Counted from the first letter of the stretch, positions 8,081 to 18,509 are shown. The stretch is 64,000 bases of DNA from an uncultured Lentisphaeraceae bacterium (GCA_964567665.1 CAZMNN010000009.1:902-64901), one strand, 5' to 3'. The notes: generated from the sequence alone by a model not told the origin. Made by a program: numbers and translations.

Positions 8081-11000
8081 GTGTACCTGAAACAACTTGA
8101 CATAGTCGGCTTCAAGAGTTTCGCCGACAAGACCCGGCTCACGTTCGAGCCGGGAATGATTGCGATCGTCGGTCCGAACGGATGCGGAAAGTCGAACGTG
8201 TCCGATGCGATCCGCTGGGTTCTCGGTGAGCAGCGCCCCACGGCACTCCGCTGCACGAAGCTTGCCGACGTGGTCTTCAACGGCACAGACACCCGCAAGC
8301 CGCTTGGGCTTTGCGAAGTCTCGATCATGTTCGCAGACTGCGAGAAGGAGCTTGGCACCGAGTATGACGAGGTGACGGTGACGCGCCGCGTGTACCGCGA
8401 CGGCAGCGGCGAATATTTCATCAACAAGGTGCGGTGCGGACTGAAGGACGTGAAGAGGCTGTTCATGGGGACGGGCATCGGCACGACTTCATATTCAGTG
8501 ATGGCGCAGGGGCAGATCGACCAGATTCTTTCGTCCAAGCCGGAGGACCGGCGGGCGGTATTCGAGGAGGCTGCCGGGATAACCAAGTTCAAGGCAGACC
8601 GCAAAGAGGCGATACGGAAGATAGAGCAGACGGAGCAGAATCTCCTGCGAGAGGCCGACGTGCTCCGCGAAATGAAGCGGCAGATCGGATCTCTGCAGCG
8701 TCAGGTCGGAAAGGCGCAGAAGTACAAGGAGCTTCGCGACGAGGTGCGGGGGCTGGACATCTACGTCTCCCGCAACAAGATACGCACATTCGATCTCGCC
8801 CTTGAGCTGAACGCCTCAAAGCGTGTTGAGACAGACGCCCTGATCGAAGATGCGCTGCGGGCTGTCGCGGATGCCGAGGAGTTCGGCCGTCAACTGCATC
8901 AGGACATACACGCCGTAGAGGAGCGGCTTGGCGCACTTGCGACGGAGGCTGCGGCGGCGGAGGCCGGATATCGCCGTGCGCAGGAGATGATATCCGTAAA
9001 TACGCAGCGCATAGCGGAGTACAGGGCATTCTCCGATCGCGACGGGCGCGAGATCGCCGATGCGAGACGTCTTCTGGAAGAGGCGGAGATGCAGCTTGAG
9101 TCGCTGGAGCAGAAGGCGACGCTCCTTGAGACGGGCGTGGAACGCGCACAGTCTGAGCTTGATGATGCGCAGGCGGCGTTCGACGCATCGCAAAAGGCGA
9201 TAGACGCGCTCAGGTTCGAGCTTCAGAGCGGCAGGTCAGAATCGGCGGCCTGTGACAGGCGGGCGACCGAAGTGCGGGACGCGATAGCGAAGATCGAGTA
9301 CGAGACCCGCGAGGCGATTCTCAAGAAGGAGCGTCTTTCGTCCGAGGCGGCGCAGCTCAAGGAGGCCGTTGCGGCATCGGAGGCGAATCTTGCCGACGTC
9401 ACGGCGAGGCTTGAGGCCGCACAGACGTTGGAGGGCGAACTTTCCGCGTCACTTGACGCAAAGTCGGCGGAGGCCGAGGCGTTCAGGAACGAAGTCGAGG
9501 ACTTGAGGGCCAATTTCGGCAAGATGCAGTCCGAAGCGGCGGCGAAGGAGGCCGAACTCAACTATCTGAACGATGCGCAGGATGCCGCCGCCGCGTTCTC
9601 CGCCGGTGCGCAGGCGCTTCTCGACGGAAAGCTCGGTCTGCCGGCGGATGCCGTGATCGGATCGCTCGCAGACAGGTTCGATGCTCCGGCCGAGTGCAGG
9701 ATTGCGCTTGAGGCGGCATTGCGGAACTGGCTTGACGCCGTTGTCGTGAAGGATGCCGCCGCTGCGGCGTTGGCAGTGGATGCACTTGTGAAGGGCGATG
9801 CCGGCAGCGCGAGGATAGTGTGTCTCGATTCCGGAACAGCGCCGGAGACGCGCAACGCAGAAGCGCAGCCAGGAACGAGACTGATCGATATTGTGCAGGT
9901 GGACGATGCGTTCAGGCAGTCCGCCGAAACGCTCATCGGCAACGTCTATGTGGTTGACGACCGGACGGCGTTGCCGCCGGACGGGCTGATCTTCGTTTCA
10001 AGGGACGGCGTGATCCGGAGGTCTGACGGAATTTTCGAGGTGTGGCAACCGGGGACTGCGGCCGCATCGCCGCTTTCAAGGAAGATGCTCGTCTCCGAGA
10101 CGCAGAAATCGCTGGACGAGCTTCGCCGCAGGATCGAGGCGGGGGAGGCTACGCTTTCCACGGCATCCGAAAAATCCGCAAGGCTATCCGACGAGTTGAG
10201 GAGCATTCAGGAGCGCCTTTCAGAGGCTCGCCGCGCCGCTGCGCAGGCTCAGGGCGAGCATGTGTCGCTTGAAAGGGACGCAAATCAGCTGAAGGCGCGT
10301 CAGGCGAGCGTGTCTGCGGCGCTCAGCGAAACGCTTGCCGCAAATGCGGACAGCGACGCGAGACGTGCGGAACTCTCCGAGGAGCTTGACGCCGTGGTTG
10401 CCAAGAGGGATGCGCTTCTCGATGCGACTGCGCGGAAGCAGGACGAATTGGTTGAACTTGAGACGTCCAACGCCGAGAAGAGCCGTCTTCTCACCGAGAA
10501 GCGCGTCGCCGCAGGGCAGATGGAGAGCGAGCTTGCCTTCACCAGCAGACAGCGGGAGGATGTGGATCGGCGCAAGGGAGAGCTTCTCAAGACCGTGGCC
10601 GGCCGCGAAAGCGGAATCAAGGGGTACGAGGAGTCGATCGCTCGTCTGACAGACGAGACGGTGGAGCTGAAGTCGTCGCTGCAGCCATTGCAGGAGAAGT
10701 TCGCGGAGGTGAGGGCGCGCACCGACGATGAACGCGCAAGGCGCGAAGGGCTTAACGCGGAGCTTGCGAAGTCCGACGCCGAGATTGGCGCGAAGCGGAC
10801 GGCTCTCGATCAGGCGCGTGACACGAAATCGCGGCTTGAGGTCTCCGCCACGGAATCCACCATGCTGCGGCAGAACCTTTACGACCATCTCAGCCAGGAA
10901 TACGGGCTTGACGCCCAGCAGGTGATGCGCGAACCAGATCCGGTCTTCAAGGGCGAACCGCCGCCACCGGAGCAGCTGGAGGCGAAGGTCAACGACATAA

Positions 11001-11641
11001 ACGCCCGAATAGCCGCCCTTGGCCCGGTGAACATGGTTGCCATCGACGAGTTCCGCGAGCTGGAGGAGCGCTACACGAAGGAGAAGGCGCAGGAGGCGGA
11101 TCTGCTCGCCGCCAAGGCTCAGATCCTCGAACTCATCACGGATTTGAACGGGAAGTCCGGGGAGATGTTCAAGGCGACGTTTGAAAAGGCGAACGAGAAC
11201 TTCCAGAAGATGTTCACAAAGCTCTTCAACGGCGGCGAGGCGAGGCTTGTTCTGCTTGAGAACGAGCAGGATCCGCTTGAGTGCGGCATCGACATAATTG
11301 CGCGTCCTCCGGGGAAGCGTCCGCAGAGTGTCACGCTCCTTTCCGGCGGCGAGCGCACCATGACGGCCGTGGCGCTGCTCTTCGCCATCTTCAGGATCAA
11401 GCCTGCTCCGTTCACGATGCTGGACGAACTTGACGCCGCACTTGACGACGCGAACATCGGGCGATTCGTCGATGCGCTCAAGGAGTTCCTCGACCGGTCG
11501 CAGTTCCTCATCATCACGCACAACCAGCACACGATCGCCGGTTCGGATCTTGTATATGGCGTAAGCCAGCAGGAGAAGGGCGTGTCCCGCGTAATATCCA
11601 TGAAGCTTTCGGATATCGGCGTAAAGAAGGTGCAGGATTGA
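8081..11641 (+). CDS. smc: chromosome segregation protein SMC
   Basis: 1186 aa. N-terminal Walker A (GPNGCGKSN), long coiled coils with a hinge, a C-terminal signature motif (LSGGERTMTAVALLFAIF) and Walker B (FTMLDELDAALDD). Confidence 0.95.
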   Translation: MYLKQLDIVGFKSFADKTRLTFEPGMIAIVGPNGCGKSNVSDAIRWVLGEQRPTALRCTKLADVVFNGTDTRKPLGLCEVSIMFADCEKELGTEYDEVTVTRRVYRDGSGEYFINKVRCGLKDVKRLFMGTGIGTTSYSVMAQGQIDQILSSKPEDRRAVFEEAAGITKFKADRKEAIRKIEQTEQNLLREADVLREMKRQIGSLQRQVGKAQKYKELRDEVRGLDIYVSRNKIRTFDLALELNASKRVETDALIEDALRAVADAEEFGRQLHQDIHAVEERLGALATEAAAAEAGYRRAQEMISVNTQRIAEYRAFSDRDGREIADARRLLEEAEMQLESLEQKATLLETGVERAQSELDDAQAAFDASQKAIDALRFELQSGRSESAACDRRATEVRDAIAKIEYETREAILKKERLSSEAAQLKEAVAASEANLADVTARLEAAQTLEGELSASLDAKSAEAEAFRNEVEDLRANFGKMQSEAAAKEAELNYLNDAQDAAAAFSAGAQALLDGKLGLPADAVIGSLADRFDAPAECRIALEAALRNWLDAVVVKDAAAAALAVDALVKGDAGSARIVCLDSGTAPETRNAEAQPGTRLIDIVQVDDAFRQSAETLIGNVYVVDDRTALPPDGLIFVSRDGVIRRSDGIFEVWQPGTAAASPLSRKMLVSETQKSLDELRRRIEAGEATLSTASEKSARLSDELRSIQERLSEARRAAAQAQGEHVSLERDANQLKARQASVSAALSETLAANADSDARRAELSEELDAVVAKRDALLDATARKQDELVELETSNAEKSRLLTEKRVAAGQMESELAFTSRQREDVDRRKGELLKTVAGRESGIKGYEESIARLTDETVELKSSLQPLQEKFAEVRARTDDERARREGLNAELAKSDAEIGAKRTALDQARDTKSRLEVSATESTMLRQNLYDHLSQEYGLDAQQVMREPDPVFKGEPPPPEQLEAKVNDINARIAALGPVNMVAIDEFRELEERYTKEKAQEADLLAAKAQILELITDLNGKSGEMFKATFEKANENFQKMFTKLFNGGEARLVLLENEQDPLECGIDIIARPPGKRPQSVTLLSGGERTMTAVALLFAIFRIKPAPFTMLDELDAALDDANIGRFVDALKEFLDRSQFLIITHNQHTIAGSDLVYGVSQQEKGVSRVISMKLSDIGVKKVQD

Positions 11642-11646
11642 CGGCC

Positions 11647-12333
11647 ATGTTTACGGGGCTTGTCGAACGTATCGGCACTGTCCGGCGGATCAGCCGGGGA
11701 CGCGGTCTTGTAATCGAGGTCGCCTTCGAGCCTTGGCCTGAACCGCTGACGCCTGGCGAATCGGTGGCAGTGAACGGTGCGTGTCTCACCGTCGCAAGAT
11801 GCGATGCGACGCGATTCACCGCCGACGTGCTGAGGGAGACGGAGGAGCGCACCCTGCTGGGCGGACTCAAGCCCGGCGACAAAGTCAATCTCGAACGGGC
11901 GCTCAAGGCCGGGGCGAGACTTGGCGGACACATTGTGCAGGGTCATGTGGATGGACGCGGGAAACTTCTTTCCAAGACTCCGAAGGGACGCGATTTCGCG
12001 TTCCGATTCCATTGCGGACGCATCATTGCCGCCTCGTGCGTGATGAAGGGGTCAATCGCGGTCAACGGCGTTTCGCTCACCGTGAGCGGTCTTGGACAGG
12101 ATTGGCTTCAGGTAGACGTGATTCCCACGACGCTGCGCGAGACGAATCTCGGAACGCTTGCGCCAGGCGATGGCGTGAACCTCGAAACGGACGTTCTCGG
12201 CAAGTATGCAAGGGCGTCCTGCGGCGGCGGTTCGTGCGGCGGTTCGTGCGGCGGTTCGTGCGGCGGCGATGCGGCGGACGGTTGCGGCGGAGGTCTCACG
12301 ATGGAGACGCTGGTGGAAAACGGTTTCGCATGA
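11647..12333 (+). CDS. ribE: riboflavin synthase (alpha subunit) with a Cys/Gly-rich C-terminal tail
   Basis: MFTGLVE start and two lumazine-binding repeats (the second with the canonical GVSLTV motif). The ATG at 11647 lies 6 nt after the smc stop. The tail ends SCGGGSCGGSCGGSCGGDAADGCGGG. Confidence 0.85.
   Translation: MFTGLVERIGTVRRISRGRGLVIEVAFEPWPEPLTPGESVAVNGACLTVARCDATRFTADVLRETEERTLLGGLKPGDKVNLERALKAGARLGGHIVQGHVDGRGKLLSKTPKGRDFAFRFHCGRIIAASCVMKGSIAVNGVSLTVSGLGQDWLQVDVIPTTLRETNLGTLAPGDGVNLETDVLGKYARASCGGGSCGGSCGGSCGGDAADGCGGGLTMETLVENGFA
12217..12276 (+). repeat. in-frame 12-nt tandem repeat (ggttcgtgcggc, about 4 copies) encoding (SCGG)n
   Basis: Read directly in the ribE 3' end. 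Confidence 0.7.
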
Positions 12334-13136
12334 TGAAAAGGATTGCCATCATTCTCGTGCTGGCCGCCATGGGCGGCATTGCGTGGTTCTGCCAGCGCAA
12401 CGCCGGTTCGCGGTCTGCCGAAGCGGACATGATAGTTGCCGGGCTTGGCGGGTTCAGGGGCATCATCGCGGAGGTGGTGTGGTTCCGGGCGGACAGGCTG
12501 CAGGATGAGGGACGGTATTCGGAGATGGCGCAGCTGGCCAACGTGCTCACGTCCCTTGAACCACACACGCCAGAGGTGTGGACGTATGCGGCGTGGAATC
12601 TTGCATACAACATATCCGTCATGATGCCGACTTCGGAGGACAGGTGGCGCTGGGTGAAGGCGGCTCTCACGCTTTTGCGTGACGACGGGCTGCGCCTCAA
12701 CCCGGAGAGTCCGGAGCTTCACCGTGAGATTGCCTGGCTGTTTCTCTCCAAGATAGGCGGCACAATCGACGAGGCCTCATCACTCTACACACGGAAATGG
12801 AACGCGGAGGTCGATGCTGCGGCGGGCGATTGGGCGTCGCTCAAGATGGACGCTTCGCTGCTGGCGTACATCGACCGCAAGTACGGGAGGCAGGACTGGA
12901 GAAGCCCAAAGGCCTCTGCGCTCTATTGGGCGCATTACGGACTTGCGCTGAAGCCGAAGGGACGGGCAAGGGCGGAACTCCGGCAGGTGCTGTACCAGAC
13001 GCTGATGATGGAGTCGCTTGAGGATCCCAGGTTCGCTCCAAGTGCATTGCGGGCCATGCGAGACGCCTACGTTGAAGAGCCGTCCCCTGCTCTCAAGGAC
13101 ATGATGCTGCGATTCCGCGCGAAGTTCGCACTTTGA
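12330..13136 (+). CDS. hypothetical membrane-anchored protein
   Basis: The ATG overlaps the ribE stop (ATGA). There is an N-terminal TM helix (IAIILVLAAMGGIAWF), and the remainder looks helical. The track ORF 11781..13136 is the same frame read through ribE. Confidence 0.5.
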   Translation: MMKRIAIILVLAAMGGIAWFCQRNAGSRSAEADMIVAGLGGFRGIIAEVVWFRADRLQDEGRYSEMAQLANVLTSLEPHTPEVWTYAAWNLAYNISVMMPTSEDRWRWVKAALTLLRDDGLRLNPESPELHREIAWLFLSKIGGTIDEASSLYTRKWNAEVDAAAGDWASLKMDASLLAYIDRKYGRQDWRSPKASALYWAHYGLALKPKGRARAELRQVLYQTLMMESLEDPRFAPSALRAMRDAYVEEPSPALKDMMLRFRAKFAL

Positions 13137-13151
13137 TGATTGGTGCCGGTG

Positions 13152-14276
13152 ATGAAAAAACGCCTACATATTCTTCTGCCGGTTCTTGCGGTGCTTTCCG
13201 CATGGACGGCGGCCGCCGTCGATGTGAACGTCGGACCGCTTTTCGAGTACGATTCCGAAAGGGATTTCGTTGCGGTTCGCCCGCTCTGGTCGTCAACTCC
13301 CAAGACCGAGGACTTCGTCTGGCCGCTCGGAACGTGGCACACGGCCGACGATGCGTTCTGGTACAGGTTCCTTTTCCTTGTGTACGGACACGAGCGCAGC
13401 GTCAACGTGTTTCCGCTCTGGTTCTCCGGACGCGACCGCGAGACGGACGAGTTCCATTGGGCGGCGTTCCCGTTCTACGGCGAACATCCGCACATGCTCT
13501 TCATGGATGACATTCATTTTGTCCTTTGGCCGCTGTACATGGACTATTCGGTCAAGGATGTGAAATCCCATGCGGTCTTGTGGCCGATATTCTCGTGGAA
13601 GGATTCGCCACGGGAGGCGGTCGGCATATGGCCGGCGTGGGGATGGTCAAGGTTGCGCGAATCCATCCACTACTACATGCTCTGGCCGATATTCACCTGC
13701 GCCGACTACGGCAAGGACAGAGACACCTCCGGTGCCGGACGAAGCTACATGATATGGCCGCTGTATGGTGAGGTGCAGAGGGAGCGTGAGCGCCAAAGGC
13801 TGATTCTGCCGCCGCTCTTCTCGGTTGCGGAAACGCCGCAGACATGGCGTCTGCGCTGTCCGTGGCCGTTCGTGGACATAGAGTTGGGCGCCCGCAGAGA
13901 CAGATGGAGCGTATGGCCGCTTGTCGAGCACAGCGTACAGAAGCGGTATGCCGACGGTCGGGCGGATGACAGCATATGGCGTTTCGGGTGGCAACTGGTT
14001 GAGAAGACGAACTCACGTCTGAACGTATTTCCGTTCTTCACGATGGAAAAGGATTTTATCCGTGTGTGGCCGTTCTGGAGCAAACGTACGGACGGCGGCT
14101 GCGAGAAGGTGAAGGTTCCGGACATCGTGCCGATCCGAAACGCCGATGGGCTTGTGCGGAACTGGGAGCCGTTCTGGACGCTCTACTCGTCAGAAGACCT
14201 TCCGGACGGGTCTGTCCGCCGCAGGTTCCTGTGCAACATATTCTGGTGGACGTCTAAACCGGACACTCCGAAATGA
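13152..14276 (+). CDS. secreted repeat protein with about 15 copies of a ~23-aa W-P-(L/I)-(F/Y) motif
   Basis: Signal peptide MKKRLHILLPVLAVLSAWTAAA. Recurring VWPLG, LWPLY, LWPIF, IWPAW, IWPLY, VWPLV, VWPFW and WEPFW at regular spacing. No recognisable family. Confidence 0.55.
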   Translation: MKKRLHILLPVLAVLSAWTAAAVDVNVGPLFEYDSERDFVAVRPLWSSTPKTEDFVWPLGTWHTADDAFWYRFLFLVYGHERSVNVFPLWFSGRDRETDEFHWAAFPFYGEHPHMLFMDDIHFVLWPLYMDYSVKDVKSHAVLWPIFSWKDSPREAVGIWPAWGWSRLRESIHYYMLWPIFTCADYGKDRDTSGAGRSYMIWPLYGEVQRERERQRLILPPLFSVAETPQTWRLRCPWPFVDIELGARRDRWSVWPLVEHSVQKRYADGRADDSIWRFGWQLVEKTNSRLNVFPFFTMEKDFIRVWPFWSKRTDGGCEKVKVPDIVPIRNADGLVRNWEPFWTLYSSEDLPDGSVRRRFLCNIFWWTSKPDTPK

Positions 14277-14285
14277 GGTGATTGC

Positions 14286-15017
14286 ATGAGGTTCGATCTG
14301 CACATTCATTCATGCCTGTCGCCGTGCGCGAACCTCGAAATGTCGCCGTCGGATATCGTCAAGAGGGCGGCATCCGCCGGAGTCGAATGCGTGGCGCTCA
14401 CAGACCACCAGTCGGCGCTGAACGCACCAGCCATTGCCGAATGTGCGAAACGGGCTGGGATCGGATGTCTCTACGGAATCGAGGTATGCACCGCCGAGGA
14501 AGCGCACACGCTTGCGATATTCGACACTCCGGAACAGGCGCTCGCGATGACGGAGTGGGTGTATTCTGCGATGCCGAAGCGGGTCAACGATCCGGACGTG
14601 TTCGGCGATCAGCCGATTGTCACATGGGACGATGAAATCGTGGACATGGAATGGCGCATACTCGCCATGGCGTGCCGAAGAACAGTCCAGGAGGTGTCGG
14701 CCAAGTGCCATGAACTCGATGGCGTATACGTTGCCGCACACATCGACAGGCCGAGCTTCAGCGTATATTCGCAGTTCGGGTGCATTCCGGACGGATGCTT
14801 CGATGCGGTTGAGTTCAGCCGGACGGCGGACGAGACGATCTGGCTGCCGAAGGCGGACGGGTACGCCGTCACAAGATCGTCGGACGCCCACAACCTCGAC
14901 GATGTTGCAAAGGTATGGACAGAGATAGACACAGACTCTCCGTCGGTTGCGGGGCTGAAAGCGGCATTCAAAAGAAAAGCCACGAAGATTTCCCCGCGCC
15001 TCACGGCTTTCGTGTGA
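14286..15017 (+). CDS. PHP-domain (polymerase/histidinol phosphatase-like) metal-dependent phosphoesterase
   Basis: FDLHIHSCLSPC N-terminal motif, TDHQ, and a C-terminal SSDAHN motif. RBS GAGGTGA. Confidence 0.7.
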   Translation: MRFDLHIHSCLSPCANLEMSPSDIVKRAASAGVECVALTDHQSALNAPAIAECAKRAGIGCLYGIEVCTAEEAHTLAIFDTPEQALAMTEWVYSAMPKRVNDPDVFGDQPIVTWDDEIVDMEWRILAMACRRTVQEVSAKCHELDGVYVAAHIDRPSFSVYSQFGCIPDGCFDAVEFSRTADETIWLPKADGYAVTRSSDAHNLDDVAKVWTEIDTDSPSVAGLKAAFKRKATKISPRLTAFV

Positions 15018-15055
15018 TATAATTCTCCACTCACAACCGCAAAGGATATTTCGAG

Positions 15056-15736
15056 ATGGCTCTCAACATCGTAAAAGACATCGACAGCCGCGTGGCTGTC
15101 AAGAACGTGCTTATGTCCGTATCGGACAAGACTGGACTTGAGACGTTTGTACCTGCTCTCATAAAGGCCTGCCCCGGCGTGAAGATTTTTTCGACCGGCG
15201 GCACGTACGCGAAGATCAAGGAACTGCTTGGTGCGGAAGCGGACAAGACGCTTGTCGCCGTGAGCGACTACACCGGGCAGCCGGAGATGCAGGGCGGGCT
15301 TGTGAAGACGCTTGACTTCAAAATCTATCTTGGACTTCTCTCCGAGACGTACAACGATGCCCATCAGGCGGATCTGAAGCGGCTCTCCGCTCTCCCGATC
15401 GACATGGTGGTTGTCAACCTCTATCCGTTCCAGCAGACCGTAGCGAAGCCTGATGTCACGCCGGAGATGGCGCGGACGAACATCGACATCGGCGGCCCCT
15501 GCATGGTACGGGCATCTGCGAAGAACTATCTTCGCGTCGCATCTGTCACCGATCCTCTCGACTACGGCAGCATCGTCGCCGAACTTGAGGCACACAGCGG
15601 CACACTTGGGCTTGCGACGCGCTTCAAGCTGATGAAGAAGGCCTTTGCCCACACGGCGGCGTACGACACTGCGATATCGCAGTTCTTCGCATCCCGTACG
15701 TGGGAGGAAATCGACGGCACGTACGTTCAAAAGTGA
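15056..15736 (+). CDS. stand-alone PurH-type IMP cyclohydrolase (MGS-like) domain protein
   Basis: SVSDKTGL, GGT, DYTGQPEM, VVNLYPF, IDIGGPCMVRASAKN and LATRFKLMKKAFAHTAAYD align with the PurH N-terminal domain. It is 226 aa with no AICAR-transformylase domain, and a terminator follows. Confidence 0.75.
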   Translation: MALNIVKDIDSRVAVKNVLMSVSDKTGLETFVPALIKACPGVKIFSTGGTYAKIKELLGAEADKTLVAVSDYTGQPEMQGGLVKTLDFKIYLGLLSETYNDAHQADLKRLSALPIDMVVVNLYPFQQTVAKPDVTPEMARTNIDIGGPCMVRASAKNYLRVASVTDPLDYGSIVAELEAHSGTLGLATRFKLMKKAFAHTAAYDTAISQFFASRTWEEIDGTYVQK

Positions 15737-15784
15737 CGCAGCTTGCGATTTGGCCCGGCGGATGTGCTTCTGCCCGGCGATAAA

Positions 15785-15829
15785 GAAAAGAGAACGGCCG
15801 ATGAGCATAGCATCGACCGTTCTCTTTTC
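15785..15829. terminator. bidirectional rho-independent terminator between convergent purH-like and gyrA
   Basis: An aaaagagaacgg ... ccgttctctttt stem with a 19-nt loop, flanked by T-runs on both strands. Confidence 0.5.
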
Positions 15830-15848
15830 CGCATTAAGCCAGTCAGCG

Positions 15849-18461
15849 TCACTGCTGCTCTGCGTTTGCCCCGGTGCCTTCAGCAGGGCTGTCTGCAATT
15901 TCAACTCCGTCGTCTTCAGCAGGGGTGTTGACGGTGTTTTCTGCCGTATCGGCGACCGCAGTTTGTGCGGCCTCTCCATCATCCTTGTCTTCTGCCTCGC
16001 AGACCGAAACGGAGGCCAACTGTGCGCCGTCCGAGAGCCGCACAAGCTTTACGCCCTTGGCTGTACGTCCCTGTACGCTGAAGTCAGACACTGCGCTGCG
16101 CACCATCTGCTGGTCGCTGGTGATTGAAATCACGTTCTCATCCTCGGAGACGGCGTGTGCCGCCACGACTTCGCCGTTGCGGTCTTCGCCCTTGATTCCG
16201 ATCATGCCCTTGCCGCCGCGATGGTGCGGCGAGAAGTCCTTAAATGCGCAGCGTTTCCCGTAGCCGTTGGATGTGGCGATGAACAGCGTCTTTGCGTCAT
16301 CGACGGCATCAAGCGAGACGACCTGATCACCCTCGCGCAGCCTGATTCCGGTCACGCCGGTGGCTGTGCGGCCCATGCGCCTTACTTCCGATGACGGGAA
16401 GCGCATCGCCAATCCCTGACGGGTGAGCATGATCACGTCTTCGCCGGGCTTGACGAGACGCACCTCGACAAGCTGGTCGCCATCCTCGATGTTCAGTGCG
16501 CGGATGCCGTTCCGGTTGACGTTTCTGTAGTCCGAAAGCAGCGTCTTCTTCACAGTGCCAAGCTTCGTCGCGAAGAACACGTCCACATCGCCGTCAAAGC
16601 TGCGAATCGGAAGAAGCTGGAGAGCCTGCTCGCCCTCTTGAAGGTTCAGGAAGTTTATGAGCGGCTTGCCGAAGCTCGTTCTCGGCGCTTCCGGAATCTC
16701 ATAGGCGTCCTTCAGGAAGAGACGGCCGGTGTTCGTGAAGAACAGAAGGGAGTCGTGCGTCTGCGCGACGAAGACGAGACGTATGAAGTCCTCCTCCTTC
16801 ACCTGCGCACCTTTTACTCCGTGGCCGCCGCGCTTCTGCTCGCGGTATTCCGAAAGCGGAACGCGCTTCACGTACCCACGGTTGGAAAGGGTGATCACGC
16901 ACGGTTCGTCCGCGATGAGATCCCTTATTGAGACTTCGTTTTCGTCCGGGACAATCTCCGTGCGGCGGCGTGACGATTCCTTGTTGGCGAACTTCTCCTT
17001 GATGTAGGCGAGGTCGTCCTTGATTATCTGGTAGATGCGTGCGGGATCCGCAAGGATTGCCTGAAGGTCTGCGATCTTCGCGAGGAGTTCGGCAAGTTCC
17101 GCCTCAAGCTTTTCGCGTTCAAGTCCGGTGAGCTGGTAGAGCCTCATGTCGAGGATCGCGTTCACCTGAAGTTCGCTGAACATGAAGCGCTGCACGAGCG
17201 CGTTCTTGGCGTCTTCGCGGTTCTTCGACCCACGGATGATCCGCACCACTTCGTCAAGGTTCGCGATCGCGACAAGCAGACCGTCAAGGATGTGCTTCCG
17301 CGCCTCGGCCTTCTTCAGCTCGAACTGCGTCCGCCGTGTGATGACTTCGAAGCGGTGGTCTACATAGCACTTGAAGAAGTCCTTGAGGTTGAGGATTCGC
17401 GGCCGCCCCTTGTCGATGGCGAGCATGATCGCGCCGAAGGTGGTCTGGAGTTCCGTGTGCTTGTAGAGGTGGTTCAGAACGATCTGACCGACGGCGTCGC
17501 GCTTGAGGTCGATGACGATGCGCACATCCGCCTTGGAGAGGTCGTGGATGTCGGATATGCCCTCGATGACCTTCTCCTTGACGAGATTGGTCATGTGTAT
17601 GAGCATTTCGCGCTTGTTGACGTTGTACGGAATCTCCGTTATGACGATGCGTTCGCGTCCGTTTTTCTCCGTCTCTATCGTCGCCTTGCCGCGAACGCGG
17701 AGCTGTCCGCGCCCCAGCTTGTACATTGCGGAGATGCCGTTGTATCCGCAGATCTGCGCACCGGTCGGGAAGTCCGGGCCTTTGACGTACTTCATCAGGT
17801 CGTCTATCGTGCAGTCCGGGTTGCCGACGTAGAAGGTGAGAGCGTCGCACAGTTCGCCGAGGTTGTGCGGCGGGATGTTCGTGGCCATGCCGACGGCGAT
17901 TCCGGACGAGCCGTTGAGAAGGAGGTTCGGCAGCTTGCCTGGCAGCACGGACGGCTCCTTCGTGGTCTCGTCGTAGTTGGGCACCATGTCCACGGTGTCC
18001 TTTTCGAGATCGCCGAGCATTTCGTCCGTGATTCTCTGCATACGGACTTCGGTGTAACGCATTGCTGCGGCGCCGTCGCCGTCTATGGAGCCGAAGTTTC
18101 CGTGTCCGTCGACGAGCGGATAGCGGAGAGAGAAGTCCTGCGCCATCCGGACAATCGTGTCGTACACGGCGGAATCGCCGTGCGGGTGGTACTTACCGAT
18201 CACGTCACCGACGACGCGGGCGCTTTTGAGATGCTTCGAGTTCCACGTGTTGTTCAGCATGTACATTGCGTACAGGCAGCGACGGTGCACAGGCTTCAAT
18301 CCGTCGCGCACGTCTGGAAGGGCGCGTCCGACAATGACCGACATGGAGTAGTCGATGTAGTCACGCGCCATCTCGTCCTCGATGCTCACATCCTCAAGCG
18401 TCCCTGTCGGCACCGCAGGCATCTGCTCCAGATCAGTCTCGTTCTTCTCTTCTTCTGACAT
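15849..18461 (-). CDS. gyrA: DNA gyrase subunit A
   Basis: [15 protein letters not shown] and an active-site Tyr region, C-terminal beta-pinwheel repeats and an acidic tail. The true start is MSEEEK at 18461, not the track's 18860. Confidence 0.95.
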   Translation of the reverse strand: MSEEEKNETDLEQMPAVPTGTLEDVSIEDEMARDYIDYSMSVIVGRALPDVRDGLKPVHRRCLYAMYMLNNTWNSKHLKSARVVGDVIGKYHPHGDSAVYDTIVRMAQDFSLRYPLVDGHGNFGSIDGDGAAAMRYTEVRMQRITDEMLGDLEKDTVDMVPNYDETTKEPSVLPGKLPNLLLNGSSGIAVGMATNIPPHNLGELCDALTFYVGNPDCTIDDLMKYVKGPDFPTGAQICGYNGISAMYKLGRGQLRVRGKATIETEKNGRERIVITEIPYNVNKREMLIHMTNLVKEKVIEGISDIHDLSKADVRIVIDLKRDAVGQIVLNHLYKHTELQTTFGAIMLAIDKGRPRILNLKDFFKCYVDHRFEVITRRTQFELKKAEARKHILDGLLVAIANLDEVVRIIRGSKNREDAKNALVQRFMFSELQVNAILDMRLYQLTGLEREKLEAELAELLAKIADLQAILADPARIYQIIKDDLAYIKEKFANKESSRRRTEIVPDENEVSIRDLIADEPCVITLSNRGYVKRVPLSEYREQKRGGHGVKGAQVKEEDFIRLVFVAQTHDSLLFFTNTGRLFLKDAYEIPEAPRTSFGKPLINFLNLQEGEQALQLLPIRSFDGDVDVFFATKLGTVKKTLLSDYRNVNRNGIRALNIEDGDQLVEVRLVKPGEDVIMLTRQGLAMRFPSSEVRRMGRTATGVTGIRLREGDQVVSLDAVDDAKTLFIATSNGYGKRCAFKDFSPHHRGGKGMIGIKGEDRNGEVVAAHAVSEDENVISITSDQQMVRSAVSDFSVQGRTAKGVKLVRLSDGAQLASVSVCEAEDKDDGEAAQTAVADTAENTVNTPAEDDGVEIADSPAEGTGANAEQQ

Positions 18462-18500
18462 TAATTCAACCCGTTCTTTTGGAATCAAATAAACCTGTAC

Positions 18501-18509
18501 ATTATACCA
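18501..18509 (-). promoter_or_regulatory. putative extended -10 (TGgTATAAT on the minus strand) for gyrA
   Basis: The reverse complement of attatacca lies about 40 nt upstream of the gyrA ATG. Confidence 0.35.

Noticed and set aside
11781-12329. Upstream 183 codons of the track ORF 11781..13136
   Set aside because: This is an out-of-frame read-through of ribE with an Arg-rich translation. The real gene starts at the ATG at 12330, overlapping the ribE stop.
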